NCBI GenBank assembly: GCA_017398945.1
Contig: JAFQES010000030.1
Location: 28,586-92,585 of the forward strand
Direction of reading: 5' to 3'
Length of the DNA stretch: 64,000 nucleotides
From: Bacilli bacterium
Lineage (GTDB): Bacteria > Bacillota_I > Bacilli_A > RF39 > UBA660
Part shown: positions 49,209-59,463 of the stretch, one piece after another
Position numbering within the stretch: the first letter of the stretch is position 1
Layout: each line of letters opens with the position of its first letter
Notes under the pieces: model-generated
Databases searched by the model: none
Seen by the model: only the letters and a program-made list of their open reading frames with translations
What the model was told of the DNA's origin: nothing
Made by a program: the position numbers and the translations under genes

Positions 49209-50966
49209 ATGCAAGAATTAATTAGTAAACTAATTAATATATTTAAGATTATCTTAAATGAAAACTTTGATGAAAATAAATATAATCGTTCTTATAGTAT
49301 TCAGGATATTAAAGATTATATTCGATTGTTAGAAGATGATTTATATGCAATAAAAGATATCGATAAATATTTGTTAAATGTTTCTATAAGTGAAGATCAA
49401 AAGCGTGTTTTGGAGGCTTTTAAAACGACAATAGCTTTTAATGAGACTAATAATATTTTTTCTTTAGATGAACTAGATAAATATCGAAAGACAAATATTT
49501 ATAGTTACATTAAATCAGCATTAGTTCGACAAATTATTTTGTTAAGTGATGCCAAAAAAGCCAAAGAAGATTGTTTAAAGAAAAAACAAATATGTTTAAA
49601 AATATTAAATTTTCTTCAAAAACACGATTGTTCAAAACTTATTAACGAACAACAATTACATACTTTTTATAACTTTATAAATAGCATTAATTTACCTCAA
49701 GAAAAGCTTATTGAAATTAATTTATTATTATTTCAATTTAATTTAATGGCAAATCCTAATTTAGAGTTATCAAACAAATATGAATTGGTTGAGAGTATTA
49801 ATAAATTTAATATGACAAAAGATCAAGCTGTTGAAATTTTTGCTCAATATGGTTATGATTTTAACTTGGTTGATAGTAAAATTCAAGAAGAATTGTTAGT
49901 TTTAGGAAATGTCGATAGTATTAATGAAATGTTTAGTTATTTTGAAGATATAAAAAAAGAACATAAAATCAATTTTAATGAGAAAGATAATAAAATGGTT
50001 ACTTTATTATATAAAAGTAAGCCAGATATCTTCGATAATATTATAGAGTTAGCTGAAGGTAATATTAGTTTAGCAAAAATCTTAGAAACTATGCCAAGTG
50101 TTTTTATACATAAGGGAACATCTATAACTCAAAATAGCGAAAAGAAAAAGAAGGCTACAGTATCAGAACAAAATGACAAAACTCCTTCCGGAAGTTATGA
50201 GGATTTTATTTTAAATATTGAATTATTTAAATATTTAGGCTATGACATAAAAGAGGTATTTGTTAAAAATGCGGATATTTTGACTATTCCTCACGAAAGA
50301 ATTAAAAGGAATGTTGATCAATTAAAATTATTAGGAATTGATTTAAAAACTGATAAAAAGAAAGATTTTAAATTATCAGCCCTAAAATCCACATCATTGC
50401 TATTAACTATGGATAAGTTTATAGAATTGGGAGAATATGATTATTTAATGAATAATCTTTCGCGTTTTTATTTAGAGCCAAATTCAATAGTTTTTTATAG
50501 ATTATTTCATGTCAAAAAACATAATAATAGCTTTCCTAATCAACAAATAGAAATTTATTATGATAAAAATAAAACGAGATACAAAGGATATATATCTAAT
50601 TCAACCAATAAAGAATTGGGTATTAATGAAGAAAATAAAATAAGCGGTTTTGCAACCAGTCTTCCGATTATAAACCGTCCAGTTATTATAAATGAAGTTG
50701 TAGAGAAAAAGTTAGATGATTTAATTGTTGATCGATATGATAAAAAGGTAGTGGAGATAGATTCACGAATATTAATGCATCCAGTTGTTCAAAGAATAGA
50801 TGATAATTTTAAAACATCTAATGAATTAATTTATAACATTAATGGCATTTTAATTTCTCGACATAAGTTTTTACGCAATTTCATGGCAATTGTTGATGTA
50901 CGAAAAGATTTGGATTTAAGTGAAATTGTTGAGTTTTGTTTAATAAAAGATTCTTTATTAACATAA
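49209..50966 (+). CDS. Hypothetical helical-repeat protein (repeats of the form [FY]LxxLG[IY]D...)
   Basis: GAGGTGA RBS. Repeated about 30-aa units, e.g. VEIFAQYGYDFNLVDSKIQEELLVLG and LFKYLGYDIKEVFVKNADILTIPHERIKRNVDQLKLLGIDL, are reminiscent of mTERF-type repeats. Confidence 0.5.
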   Translation: MQELISKLINIFKIILNENFDENKYNRSYSIQDIKDYIRLLEDDLYAIKDIDKYLLNVSISEDQKRVLEAFKTTIAFNETNNIFSLDELDKYRKTNIYSYIKSALVRQIILLSDAKKAKEDCLKKKQICLKILNFLQKHDCSKLINEQQLHTFYNFINSINLPQEKLIEINLLLFQFNLMANPNLELSNKYELVESINKFNMTKDQAVEIFAQYGYDFNLVDSKIQEELLVLGNVDSINEMFSYFEDIKKEHKINFNEKDNKMVTLLYKSKPDIFDNIIELAEGNISLAKILETMPSVFIHKGTSITQNSEKKKKATVSEQNDKTPSGSYEDFILNIELFKYLGYDIKEVFVKNADILTIPHERIKRNVDQLKLLGIDLKTDKKKDFKLSALKSTSLLLTMDKFIELGEYDYLMNNLSRFYLEPNSIVFYRLFHVKKHNNSFPNQQIEIYYDKNKTRYKGYISNSTNKELGINEENKISGFATSLPIINRPVIINEVVEKKLDDLIVDRYDKKVVEIDSRILMHPVVQRIDDNFKTSNELIYNINGILISRHKFLRNFMAIVDVRKDLDLSEIVEFCLIKDSLLT

Positions 50967-51032
50967 AATGATTATAGAGTGATTGATTTAACAGTAGCTG
51001 GTTTAAATTTATCAGGTTTAAAGAGGTAAATT

Positions 51033-51311
51033 ATGAAATATTTAGTAGATTTAGGTATAAGTAAAGATATAGTAGATTTATTGGATGATGCTACTTGTTA
51101 TAATATGAAAATTAATGAAAAGAAAATAACGGAAATAATTTTATATTTAAAAAATATAGGAATTAATAATCTAGATGAATTAATTATTAATGAACTAAGA
51201 ATATTATATATGGATTTTGAAGATATAAGAAGTGCTTTTAATAATTGTAATCAAAAGGAAATGGTAGAATTAATTAATAATGATATTGTAGCCATAGAAG
51301 ATATTTTATAA
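51033..51311 (+). CDS. Hypothetical small protein carrying the same helical repeat as 49209..50966
   Basis: YLVDLGISKDIVDLL...YLKNIGINNLDELIINEL. Confidence 0.45.
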   Translation: MKYLVDLGISKDIVDLLDDATCYNMKINEKKITEIILYLKNIGINNLDELIINELRILYMDFEDIRSAFNNCNQKEMVELINNDIVAIEDIL

Positions 51312-51316
51312 AAAAG

Positions 51317-51348
51317 AGACAAACTGAAAAATTAGTTTGTCTTTTTGG
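51317..51348. terminator. Bidirectional terminator overlapping the PAP2 gene's stop codon
   Basis: agacaaact gaaaaatt agtttgtct followed by TTTTT. Confidence 0.6.
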
Positions 51349-51931
51349 TAATTAAATCAAATATATTAGTGTAGGAAATTGCAAATAATAAGCCACATAT
51401 TACATCACTAAAATAGTGTACGCCTAAGTAAACTCGACTAAAGCAGATTAATAAAATTAAAATATATACAGCTAGTGATAGTATCCTTTTTAAAGTTTTA
51501 TTTTTAATATAATCTTTAATTATATTAATTAAATGAAAGTAAAAAGCTGATGATATCATAGCGTGGCCAGAAGGAAAACTATAACTATCTTCTAATATTA
51601 AGGCAATTCCTAAAGGCCGATTTCGTTTTATAATATTTTTTAAAATAACATTTAAAAGAGTTATAATTAATAAATTTTTTGTTAGTTTTAATTTGGTAAT
51701 GTTATTTTTTAATATAAAAAGTAGAAAAATAGTAAATGAGATTAAAAAAATTGTTCCTCCTAGAAAGGTTATAGCTTTTATAATAGTTGTTAAGGTATCA
51801 TTTCTTATTGTATCTATGTAATTAATAATAGCAAAATCGATAGTGATTAATTTATTTGTTAAAGCTAAATAAGCTAGTATTGTAAATATAATAAACGATA
51901 TAGTTGCTATAATTATTTTTAATTTTTTCAT
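51332..51931 (-). CDS. PAP2-family phosphatase (undecaprenyl-diphosphate phosphatase-like)
   Basis: PSGHAMISS and SRVYLGVHYFSDV PAP2 motifs, about 6 TM helices, AAAGGAGG RBS. Confidence 0.75.
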   Translation of the reverse strand: MKKLKIIIATISFIIFTILAYLALTNKLITIDFAIINYIDTIRNDTLTTIIKAITFLGGTIFLISFTIFLLFILKNNITKLKLTKNLLIITLLNVILKNIIKRNRPLGIALILEDSYSFPSGHAMISSAFYFHLINIIKDYIKNKTLKRILSLAVYILILLICFSRVYLGVHYFSDVICGLLFAISYTNIFDLITKKTN

Positions 51932-51978
51932 GTGACCTCCTTTTAAATTATATCATGAAAAAAGATCTTGTAGACCTT

Positions 51979-52617
51979 TTATTGTTTTGATTCACAAATA
52001 GTACTTCTAATATCAGCTAAATTAAGTACTTTATCATCACTTGGTTCTTCTTCAAAAATGATGGCTTGGGTTTTACTAGATTTATTATCATATTTGTCGG
52101 TTACCGTATAGATTATCCAATATTGGTGATAATCTGGACAATACTCTTTATAAATTTTGCTAGTTACTTTATATTCTGAATCATCAGTAATATTTAAATG
52201 ATCATAAGTAATTGTATCAATATTTCTTGTATAATATTTTTCTTCATCATATTTAATAATTGGTGATGCATAGTCCGTTACATATTCTTTATCTGTTTCT
52301 TTATTAGGATTGTTAATCTCTTCAACATAAGGATTTTTTCTTCCGCTACTTATCCACCCAAATTTTTCTTTATCAAATTCAATTTTATACCATACATATT
52401 TTTTATCTTCTAAATAGATTTCTTTTACTTTGTATGTTTCGCCTTTTTTAGCTTCCCCTAATTTATTGCTATAAGCAGTGTGTTCTTCACGAATATTAAT
52501 AAAATCTTCTAATATTTTTACTTTCCAAGCTGTTGAATTTTCTTGAATACTTTGATATATTTTGAACCCACCAAAGCCAAGTGCAATTACAAGAATTAAA
52601 ATAATAACTTTTTTCAT
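51979..52617 (-). CDS. Hypothetical secreted/membrane-anchored protein
   Basis: Start at MKKVIILILVIALGF after AAAGAGA. N-terminal hydrophobic anchor. Confidence 0.5.
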   Translation of the reverse strand: MKKVIILILVIALGFGGFKIYQSIQENSTAWKVKILEDFINIREEHTAYSNKLGEAKKGETYKVKEIYLEDKKYVWYKIEFDKEKFGWISSGRKNPYVEEINNPNKETDKEYVTDYASPIIKYDEEKYYTRNIDTITYDHLNITDDSEYKVTSKIYKEYCPDYHQYWIIYTVTDKYDNKSSKTQAIIFEEEPSDDKVLNLADIRSTICESKQ

Positions 52618-52771
52618 ATACATCTCTTTTCTATACATTATATTATATCAAATAATGTTTAATAAGCAAAAAAAATTAAGTGTATAATTGATGTGTAAAA
52701 TGATTGTGTAAATATTGACTTTTTCTAGGCAAATCATTGTATACTAATTATGTATAGTAGGAGGATATAAA

Positions 52772-53209
52772 ATGAAAGCTGAATTTAGATTAGCAACAAT
52801 CGAAGATATTGAAGAGATTATATCTTTATGTAATGAAGTGTTTGAAGAAAATACGGATGTAGCATTTGCTAAGAAGGTATTTATTGAGGAAGTTGATAAA
52901 AATCAAATTTATTTAGTAGGTTTAGTGGAGGGGAAAATAGTTGCTCATACAAAAATAACTATTATTCCTACAATTTATGAAAATATGAATGCTTATGCAA
53001 TATTAAATCATGTATGTGTAAAACCAGAATATAGAAGACATAATATTGCAACAGATATGTTAATAGAATGTGAAAGAATTTGTAAGGAAAAAGGGTGTGT
53101 AGCTATTGAGCTATGGTCAAAAAATTTCCGGCAAGCGGCTCATTCTTGCTACAAAAAGTATGGTTTTGAAATTGTTGATGCCGCATTCTTTTCAAAAAGT
53201 TTAAGATAG
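52772..53209 (+). CDS. GNAT family N-acetyltransferase
   Basis: GNAT core (VAHTKITIIP..., RRHNIATDMLIECERICKEKGC). Confidence 0.75.
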   Translation: MKAEFRLATIEDIEEIISLCNEVFEENTDVAFAKKVFIEEVDKNQIYLVGLVEGKIVAHTKITIIPTIYENMNAYAILNHVCVKPEYRRHNIATDMLIECERICKEKGCVAIELWSKNFRQAAHSCYKKYGFEIVDAAFFSKSLR

Positions 53210-53220
53210 GAGAATTAATT

Positions 53221-54402
53221 ATGAAAATTACTAATGTTTATATAGGTGGTTGGTTTCAAAGAACCATGTTACAATTATCAGAAGTTTATGACTTTTTAAG
53301 AGAAGGAACTTCTAGGTTAGATTTAAAACCACAAAAATTGGCTGAATTTCGTAAAAATTTAGAAATTGGTAAGTTAGATTATGGTGTTGCAGGTCAAGAG
53401 TATTTAGAATTTACAACACCATTAAATATAAGTATCAAAATCTTTGAAGATGGTTTAATAATTTTAAATAATAGTCAAGTGTCTGAAGATACTTTATTTG
53501 CAGATATTGAAAAAGCGAAAGATTATTATGAAAAAAGATTATCTCCAGCATTAAGTTATTTATTTAGTCTAGGGGCTCCAGTTCCAAAAGAACTAGCTAA
53601 AATAGAAACTATTTATCCATTTTTTATTATTTGCGATAATGCTACAAAAGATGATATTAATGATTTGTTATCAAGAACAGAAAGACAAAAATATTTTGAA
53701 TTTAAAAATAATAATTACGACGTAATTAGAGGTGATAAATATTACTTTATTAACAATAAGAAACAATCTTTAGATAATATTGAAAGATATATTGAAGAAC
53801 AAGTATTTATTAGAGAATTTAAAGGTCAATTACATCGTTATTTAAATTTACATCGTATTATTTGGGAAAAGATTGACCGTGTTAAAGAACAGGTTAATGT
53901 TAAAGGTTCCGAAATAATTAAATTTACAACTAAGTTAGAAGGATATGCTAAAACAATTAACTTAATTGAAGGTCGTATTAATCAAATGGGAAGTTACATT
54001 TCAACCAGAGAAAAAATTGCTAAAGATGATAAAGATTTAGCAGAATTCTTAGCTATTTCAGGATATCGTTATGAGACTTTACGCGATACTTTAACATATA
54101 TTAAATATTTATGGGATATGACTAAAAATTATGTTAAATCAGCTCAAAGTTTATTTGATGGAATAAAAGGTGATATTACAAGTAAATCTGTGGATAGTTT
54201 AACAATTGTTACATCGATGAGTGCTGGTGCAGCAATATTAGATTTATTTACAGGATCTGCTCCAACGTTCTCAGTATTTGGAATAGCATATTTCTTTATT
54301 TTAGCGTTTATAGGTTGGGCATCAACTAAAGTGTTAGGTGCTATTTCAGCAAAAAGAAAATATGATGTAACTGATGTTGAATATGATACAAATATAAAAT
54401 AA
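53221..54402 (+). CDS. Hypothetical protein with C-terminal TM helices
   Basis: C-terminal AAILDLFTGSAPTFSVFGIAYFFILAFIGWAS. No recognised family. Confidence 0.5.
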   Translation: MKITNVYIGGWFQRTMLQLSEVYDFLREGTSRLDLKPQKLAEFRKNLEIGKLDYGVAGQEYLEFTTPLNISIKIFEDGLIILNNSQVSEDTLFADIEKAKDYYEKRLSPALSYLFSLGAPVPKELAKIETIYPFFIICDNATKDDINDLLSRTERQKYFEFKNNNYDVIRGDKYYFINNKKQSLDNIERYIEEQVFIREFKGQLHRYLNLHRIIWEKIDRVKEQVNVKGSEIIKFTTKLEGYAKTINLIEGRINQMGSYISTREKIAKDDKDLAEFLAISGYRYETLRDTLTYIKYLWDMTKNYVKSAQSLFDGIKGDITSKSVDSLTIVTSMSAGAAILDLFTGSAPTFSVFGIAYFFILAFIGWASTKVLGAISAKRKYDVTDVEYDTNIK

Positions 54403-54488
54403 TCTACTTTGGTAGATTTTTTTGTCAAATAATGTAATTTTATAGATTTATGATTATTTTAAGTGTTATAATTAAAGAGGTGAGATAT

Positions 54489-55313
54489 ATGCACATAATT
54501 GAATTATTAAAAGTAATCTTATTAGGAATAGTTGAAGGAATAACGGAATGGTTACCGATTAGTAGTACAGGACATATGATTTTAATAAATGAGTTTATTA
54601 AATTAAATGTTAGTGAAGCTTTTATGGAAATGTTTTTAGTGGTTATTCAACTTGGAGCTATTTTAGCTGTTATATTTTTATATTTTAATAAGTTAAATCC
54701 ATTTAGTTTAAAAAAATCAACAGAGGAAAAGAAGGATACTTGGGATTTATTATTTAAAATATTAGTAGCATGTGTTCCTGCTGGAATAATTGGAATTTTA
54801 TTTGATGATAAAATAGATGCTTTATTTTATAATTATCAAACAGTTGCAATTACGTTGATTTTATATGGAATATTATTTATCATATTTGAAAATAGAAATA
54901 AAAATAAGAAAGTTAAATTTGATACAACTAAAAAATTAACTTATAAAATGGCGTTAATTATTGGTGTCGCTCAAATTCTTGCTTTAATTCCAGGAACTAG
55001 TCGTTCAGGAGCAACAATATTAGCGGGATTATTAGTTGGAGCTTCAAGAGAAGTATCTGCTGAATTTACTTTCTTTTTAGCAATACCAGTAATGCTTGGA
55101 GCAAGCCTGTTAAAGTTAGTTAAATTTGGATTTGCTTTTACTAAAGATGAAATAGTTATTTTATTAATTGGGATGTTAGTAGCATTTACAGTTTCAATAA
55201 TTGCGATAAAATTCTTAATGCGCTATATTAAGAAGAATGATTTTAAACCATTTGGGTGGTATCGAATTATATTAGGAATTGTTGTATTATTATATTTTTT
55301 AATATTAAGTTAA
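54489..55313 (+). CDS. uppP: Undecaprenyl-diphosphatase
   Basis: [20 protein letters not shown] and [10 protein letters not shown] BacA/UppP motifs. Confidence 0.85.
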   Translation: MHIIELLKVILLGIVEGITEWLPISSTGHMILINEFIKLNVSEAFMEMFLVVIQLGAILAVIFLYFNKLNPFSLKKSTEEKKDTWDLLFKILVACVPAGIIGILFDDKIDALFYNYQTVAITLILYGILFIIFENRNKNKKVKFDTTKKLTYKMALIIGVAQILALIPGTSRSGATILAGLLVGASREVSAEFTFFLAIPVMLGASLLKLVKFGFAFTKDEIVILLIGMLVAFTVSIIAIKFLMRYIKKNDFKPFGWYRIILGIVVLLYFLILS

Positions 55314-55335
55314 TGTAGATTTGGGGGAAAGAAAA

Positions 55336-56310
55336 ATGACAATAGAAGAAAAAATTGAATATTATAATAATTTAAGAAATAAAGCTAAAAAAATAGAATT
55401 TAGCGAAAAAATGGATGCCTTTCACCAAAAGATGACTCCTTTTGCTGTAAAGTTAAATAAAGGAGTAGCGCAAGGGGCAGAAAAGAAATATTTAGATGGA
55501 GTATTTGAAAGAGAAGTAATTGGGTTAGAAAATCTTCCTGATGGGCCAGCTTTATATATTGCAAATCATTCTAATATGAGTGATGTATCTTGTGTTTATG
55601 ATGCTATCCAAAGACCATTTTATATTATGGCTGATGCTGATCAAAAAAAAGAATTTGCCACTAATCTATTTAATAATTTAATCGGGGTATTTTATGTTAA
55701 AAGATATTATACAGATGAAGAGATGAAATGTGCCGAGGTGAAAGTTGATCCAAAAATAGCTCCGGAAACTGCTAAGTTAAAGATGATTAATGCTTTATTA
55801 AATGGTAAAAACTGTATGATGTTTTTTGAAGGTACTTGGTGTATGAGTCCTAATGAATTAGTGTTACCAACTAAGTTTGGCAATATTGATATAGCCATAG
55901 CTGGAAAAGTTCCAATTGTGCCAATTGCAGTTGAATATTTATATGAAAAGAATAAGGTGATTATAAGTATTCAAGAGCCTTTATATTTTAATGAGTTATC
56001 AAACAAGATAGATGCAAATGAAGATGTTAGAAGTTCTATAGCAAGTGCAAGATATTTAATTCAAGAAAATAACTCAAGATGTGAATGGGGAAGTTATACC
56101 CAAAAAGACTTTGATGAAACATTGATTAAATGTATAATGGCATATCCTAGTTTAAGTTATAAGGAAGAAGCTAAAGTGGTCCGTTTACGTGATAAATATG
56201 GTGATTACTATCAAAGACAAGAAGAATATGCTTATTTAGAAGGGTTAAGACAAGAAGCGTTAAGAAGGAAAAAACAGATGAGATTGTCAAGATTAAGAAA
56301 TAGAAAGTAA
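55336..56310 (+). CDS. Lysophospholipid acyltransferase family protein (HX4D motif)
   Basis: YIANHSNMSDV (H-x4-D), FEGTW and VPIVPIAVEY acyltransferase motifs. Confidence 0.6.
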   Translation: MTIEEKIEYYNNLRNKAKKIEFSEKMDAFHQKMTPFAVKLNKGVAQGAEKKYLDGVFEREVIGLENLPDGPALYIANHSNMSDVSCVYDAIQRPFYIMADADQKKEFATNLFNNLIGVFYVKRYYTDEEMKCAEVKVDPKIAPETAKLKMINALLNGKNCMMFFEGTWCMSPNELVLPTKFGNIDIAIAGKVPIVPIAVEYLYEKNKVIISIQEPLYFNELSNKIDANEDVRSSIASARYLIQENNSRCEWGSYTQKDFDETLIKCIMAYPSLSYKEEAKVVRLRDKYGDYYQRQEEYAYLEGLRQEALRRKKQMRLSRLRNRK

Positions 56311-56365
56311 TTTTTCTATTTTTTTTGTTATTTAAATGGTATACTTATGATAGTAGGTGATTGTA

Positions 56366-58153
56366 ATGACTAATTTGTATATTCCCGCTTGTGCGTTTTT
56401 TATTTCAATATTAATGATTATTATTTTTTATTCAAGAGAAAATCTAGAAACCACAGAAACAAAAACATTTTCTTATATGTTAGTAGCTAGTTTATTAGAT
56501 ATTATTTTGACACTATCTATAATGTATATTGGATATACTAATGTAGATATTCCAGATTTAGTTATATTTTTAAATCGAATTGACTATTTAATGTTAATTA
56601 CATGGGTATCGTCATTTGCATATTATATATTTTATATTACTTTTAAAAGCCATCCAAAAATAAATTTTGCTAAAATTGCTAAGTCTGTTAAATATGCTGA
56701 TGTTGTTTTCTTTATTTTTATGTTTTTGTTACCTGTTGAATTATTTAATGATGGCGTGGTTATGTATGCTTATGGAGCAGCGGTAAATGTCTTATATCTA
56801 GTCTGTTTAATAAGTATTATAGTTATTATAAGTTGTTTAATTTATGGTCATAAGAATTTATTTACGAAAAAATATATGCCAGTATATGTATTAATTGTTT
56901 TAATGATTTTGACTTTAATTATCAGGGGTATAAATCCAGGATCAATAATTATTCCAGCAGTTATTTGTTATATTAACTTAATCTTACTTTTAACAATAGA
57001 AAATCCGGATATTAAAATTATAGCGCTTTTAAGTGAAGCAAAGAAAAAAGCAGAAAAGTATGCTAATGATAAAGAAATATTTACTTTTAATATGTCGCAA
57101 AAAATAAAGGAACCTGTTAATAATATTGAAAAAGTTTGTGATAAGATTATCAATGAAGATAATATAGAAAAAATAAGAAGTGGATTAGAAAGTATCAAAT
57201 TGTCTACTCAAAAAGTAACATATTTAGTTAATGATTCATTAAATATATCAACATCAAATAGTAAATTTAAAGTTGTTGAAAAACAATATAAATTAGACAA
57301 TCTTTTAAAGGAAATAACTTTATTTTCTAAGAATAAATCTAAAGTAAAAAATGTAACTTTTAACTTTTATGTTGATAATAAACCAAGGTTGTTGGTTGGA
57401 GACTCACTTAAAATAAAACAAGTTATGATTGCATTTACTAGTAATTTATTTAGTAAGTTGGAAAATAAACATTTGAGTTTAAATATAACTACTAAAGAAA
57501 AAGAAGAAGCTTGCAATGTTATTTTTAGATATTCAATGTCAAAAATAAATATATCGTTAGATGATTTAAATAAAAATGTGGAAATAGATGATTTTGAAAA
57601 TATTGATTTAGATGAAGCGAATCTAGCTCATTTAAAAAAGATGATAAATTTATTGTCTGGTTATTTAGAAGTAAAAAATGAAGAAGACAATAAAACAGAG
57701 ATAATTATAACAATAGAACAAAAGAAAACGTTTATTGAAAATGAAAAAGAGCTAGAATATATTAATGAGTATGAAAAAATGATTCAAAAAAACCAAAAAA
57801 TATTAATAATTGATGATGATAAAAATAGTGTTAAAGAACTAGAAAAAAATATTGATAAATATAATTATGATGTAGTGATTGCAAACGGTGGTCAAGAAGG
57901 GTTAGAAATAATTAGAAATAAAGAAGATGTTTCATTAATATTTATTGATGATACTTTAGAAAAACTAGATACTATTACCACGTTTACTAAACTAAAAATA
58001 ATAGATGGTTTTAATATTCCAGTGATTTATGTTGGAGAAGTTAAAGATAATAAAGAGATAAGTAAATTATTACAATTAGGATTTAAAGGGGTATTATTAA
58101 AACCGGTTAAATTGAGAGAATTAGATGAGCTAATAAAAAAATACTTAAAGTAG
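56366..58153 (+). CDS. Membrane hybrid sensor-kinase-like protein with degenerate HisKA/HATPase and a C-terminal receiver domain
   Basis: About 6 N-terminal TM helices. The H-box position reads FNMSQKIKEPVNNI (Q where His is expected). C-terminal REC-like ILIIDDDKNS...IFIDDTLEKLD...LLKPV. Confidence 0.5.
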   Translation: MTNLYIPACAFFISILMIIIFYSRENLETTETKTFSYMLVASLLDIILTLSIMYIGYTNVDIPDLVIFLNRIDYLMLITWVSSFAYYIFYITFKSHPKINFAKIAKSVKYADVVFFIFMFLLPVELFNDGVVMYAYGAAVNVLYLVCLISIIVIISCLIYGHKNLFTKKYMPVYVLIVLMILTLIIRGINPGSIIIPAVICYINLILLLTIENPDIKIIALLSEAKKKAEKYANDKEIFTFNMSQKIKEPVNNIEKVCDKIINEDNIEKIRSGLESIKLSTQKVTYLVNDSLNISTSNSKFKVVEKQYKLDNLLKEITLFSKNKSKVKNVTFNFYVDNKPRLLVGDSLKIKQVMIAFTSNLFSKLENKHLSLNITTKEKEEACNVIFRYSMSKINISLDDLNKNVEIDDFENIDLDEANLAHLKKMINLLSGYLEVKNEEDNKTEIIITIEQKKTFIENEKELEYINEYEKMIQKNQKILIIDDDKNSVKELEKNIDKYNYDVVIANGGQEGLEIIRNKEDVSLIFIDDTLEKLDTITTFTKLKIIDGFNIPVIYVGEVKDNKEISKLLQLGFKGVLLKPVKLRELDELIKKYLK

Positions 58154-58160
58154 GGATACA

Positions 58161-58682
58161 ATGAAAGAAGTTAAGTTTAATGATGATAATATTATTGAAA
58201 ACAATATTGACAAAGTTGTTGTTAGAACCAAAGCTTTATTAATAAATGATAAAAATGAGATATTATTAGGTTTTAGTGATAATACTTATCAATTTCCTGG
58301 GGGACATTTAGAAGAGGGAGAATCTTTAGAAGAATGTATTAAAAGAGAAGTAAAAGAAGAAACGGGGTTAGATATAAATTCTTATACTTTAAATCCTTTT
58401 TTAAAAATATCTCATTTTCATAGAAATTATAATCATCAAAATGAGAATAGAAGAAATGATTTATATTATTATTTAATAAAGAGTGATTTGAATTATGATT
58501 TAAAAAATACTCATTACGATGAATTAGAATTAAAACATAATTTTACGTTGCAAATAGTAAAGTTAGATAATGTAGAATCTCTATTGTTAAAAAATATAGA
58601 TAAAAATCCTATTAATAAATATGTAACAGAAGAAATGTTAATAGCTTTAAAAGAGTATAAAGCTATGTGTGCAGTGAGTTAA
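58161..58682 (+). CDS. NUDIX hydrolase
   Basis: Nudix box GGHLEEGESLEECIKREVKEETGL. Confidence 0.75.
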   Translation: MKEVKFNDDNIIENNIDKVVVRTKALLINDKNEILLGFSDNTYQFPGGHLEEGESLEECIKREVKEETGLDINSYTLNPFLKISHFHRNYNHQNENRRNDLYYYLIKSDLNYDLKNTHYDELELKHNFTLQIVKLDNVESLLLKNIDKNPINKYVTEEMLIALKEYKAMCAVS

Positions 58683-58684
58683 TT

Positions 58685-59338
58685 ATGAAAAAGTTAGATA
58701 TTATTTATGAAGATAAAGAATTATTAGTTGTTAACAAACCCACTAAAAAGTTAACTATTGCCACAGAAAAAAATAAATTTAATACTTTATATCATGAAGT
58801 TAGGCAATACATCAAAAAACAAAATCCTAAAAATAAAATATTTATTGTTCATCGTTTAGACGAGCAAACTTCAGGAATTGTTTTATTTGCCAAAAATGAA
58901 AAGTTAAAATATTTATTACAAAAAAATTGGCAAAATTATTATCGGGAATATATTGCTATTGTAGAAGGAAAGTTAACTGGTATAGGAACGATTAAATCTT
59001 ATTTAAAGGAATCTAAAACCTTACAAGTTTATAGTACTAATGATAGTAAATTTGGAAAGTTAGCTATTACTAATTATGAAAGTTTAAAAAGTAATAAAAA
59101 TTATTCTGTTGTAAAGATTAACATTGAAACAGGAAGAAAAAATCAAATTAGAGTTCATTTAAGTGATTTAGGGTATCCAATTGTAGGGGATAAAAAGTAT
59201 AATGCTAAAACCAATATTTTAAATAGATTAGGACTTCATGCTAATAAGTTAGAAATAACTCATCCTATATCAAAGAAGAAATTTATATTTGAAGCTAAGT
59301 TACCTAAAGTTATGACAAATTTAAATAATTTTGATTAG
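58685..59338 (+). CDS. RluA-family pseudouridine synthase
   Basis: HRLDEQTSGIVLFAKN catalytic-Asp motif. ATG 58685 (MKKLDIIYEDKELLVVNKP). Confidence 0.8.
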   Translation: MKKLDIIYEDKELLVVNKPTKKLTIATEKNKFNTLYHEVRQYIKKQNPKNKIFIVHRLDEQTSGIVLFAKNEKLKYLLQKNWQNYYREYIAIVEGKLTGIGTIKSYLKESKTLQVYSTNDSKFGKLAITNYESLKSNKNYSVVKINIETGRKNQIRVHLSDLGYPIVGDKKYNAKTNILNRLGLHANKLEITHPISKKKFIFEAKLPKVMTNLNNFD

Positions 59339-59382
59339 AAACTTGTAAAATTATATATTAAAAATAAAAAATAATTATTTAG

Positions 59383-59405
59383 AAGAGATTTAATCTCTTT
59401 TTTTA
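59383..59405 (+). terminator. Rho-independent terminator after the rluA-family gene
   Basis: agagattt aatctct followed by T7. Confidence 0.5.
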
Positions 59406-59463
59406 GATAATTAAAGATTTTAAAAATTTTTTATCTATGATACAATAACACTGGTGATTTTCT

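Noticed and set aside
41848-51311. Prophage, ICE or defence-island interpretation of the orphan cluster
   Set aside because: No integrase, recombinase, terminase, capsid, portal, relaxase or T4SS genes, and no att-like direct repeats were seen. Only 'accessory-looking' can be said.
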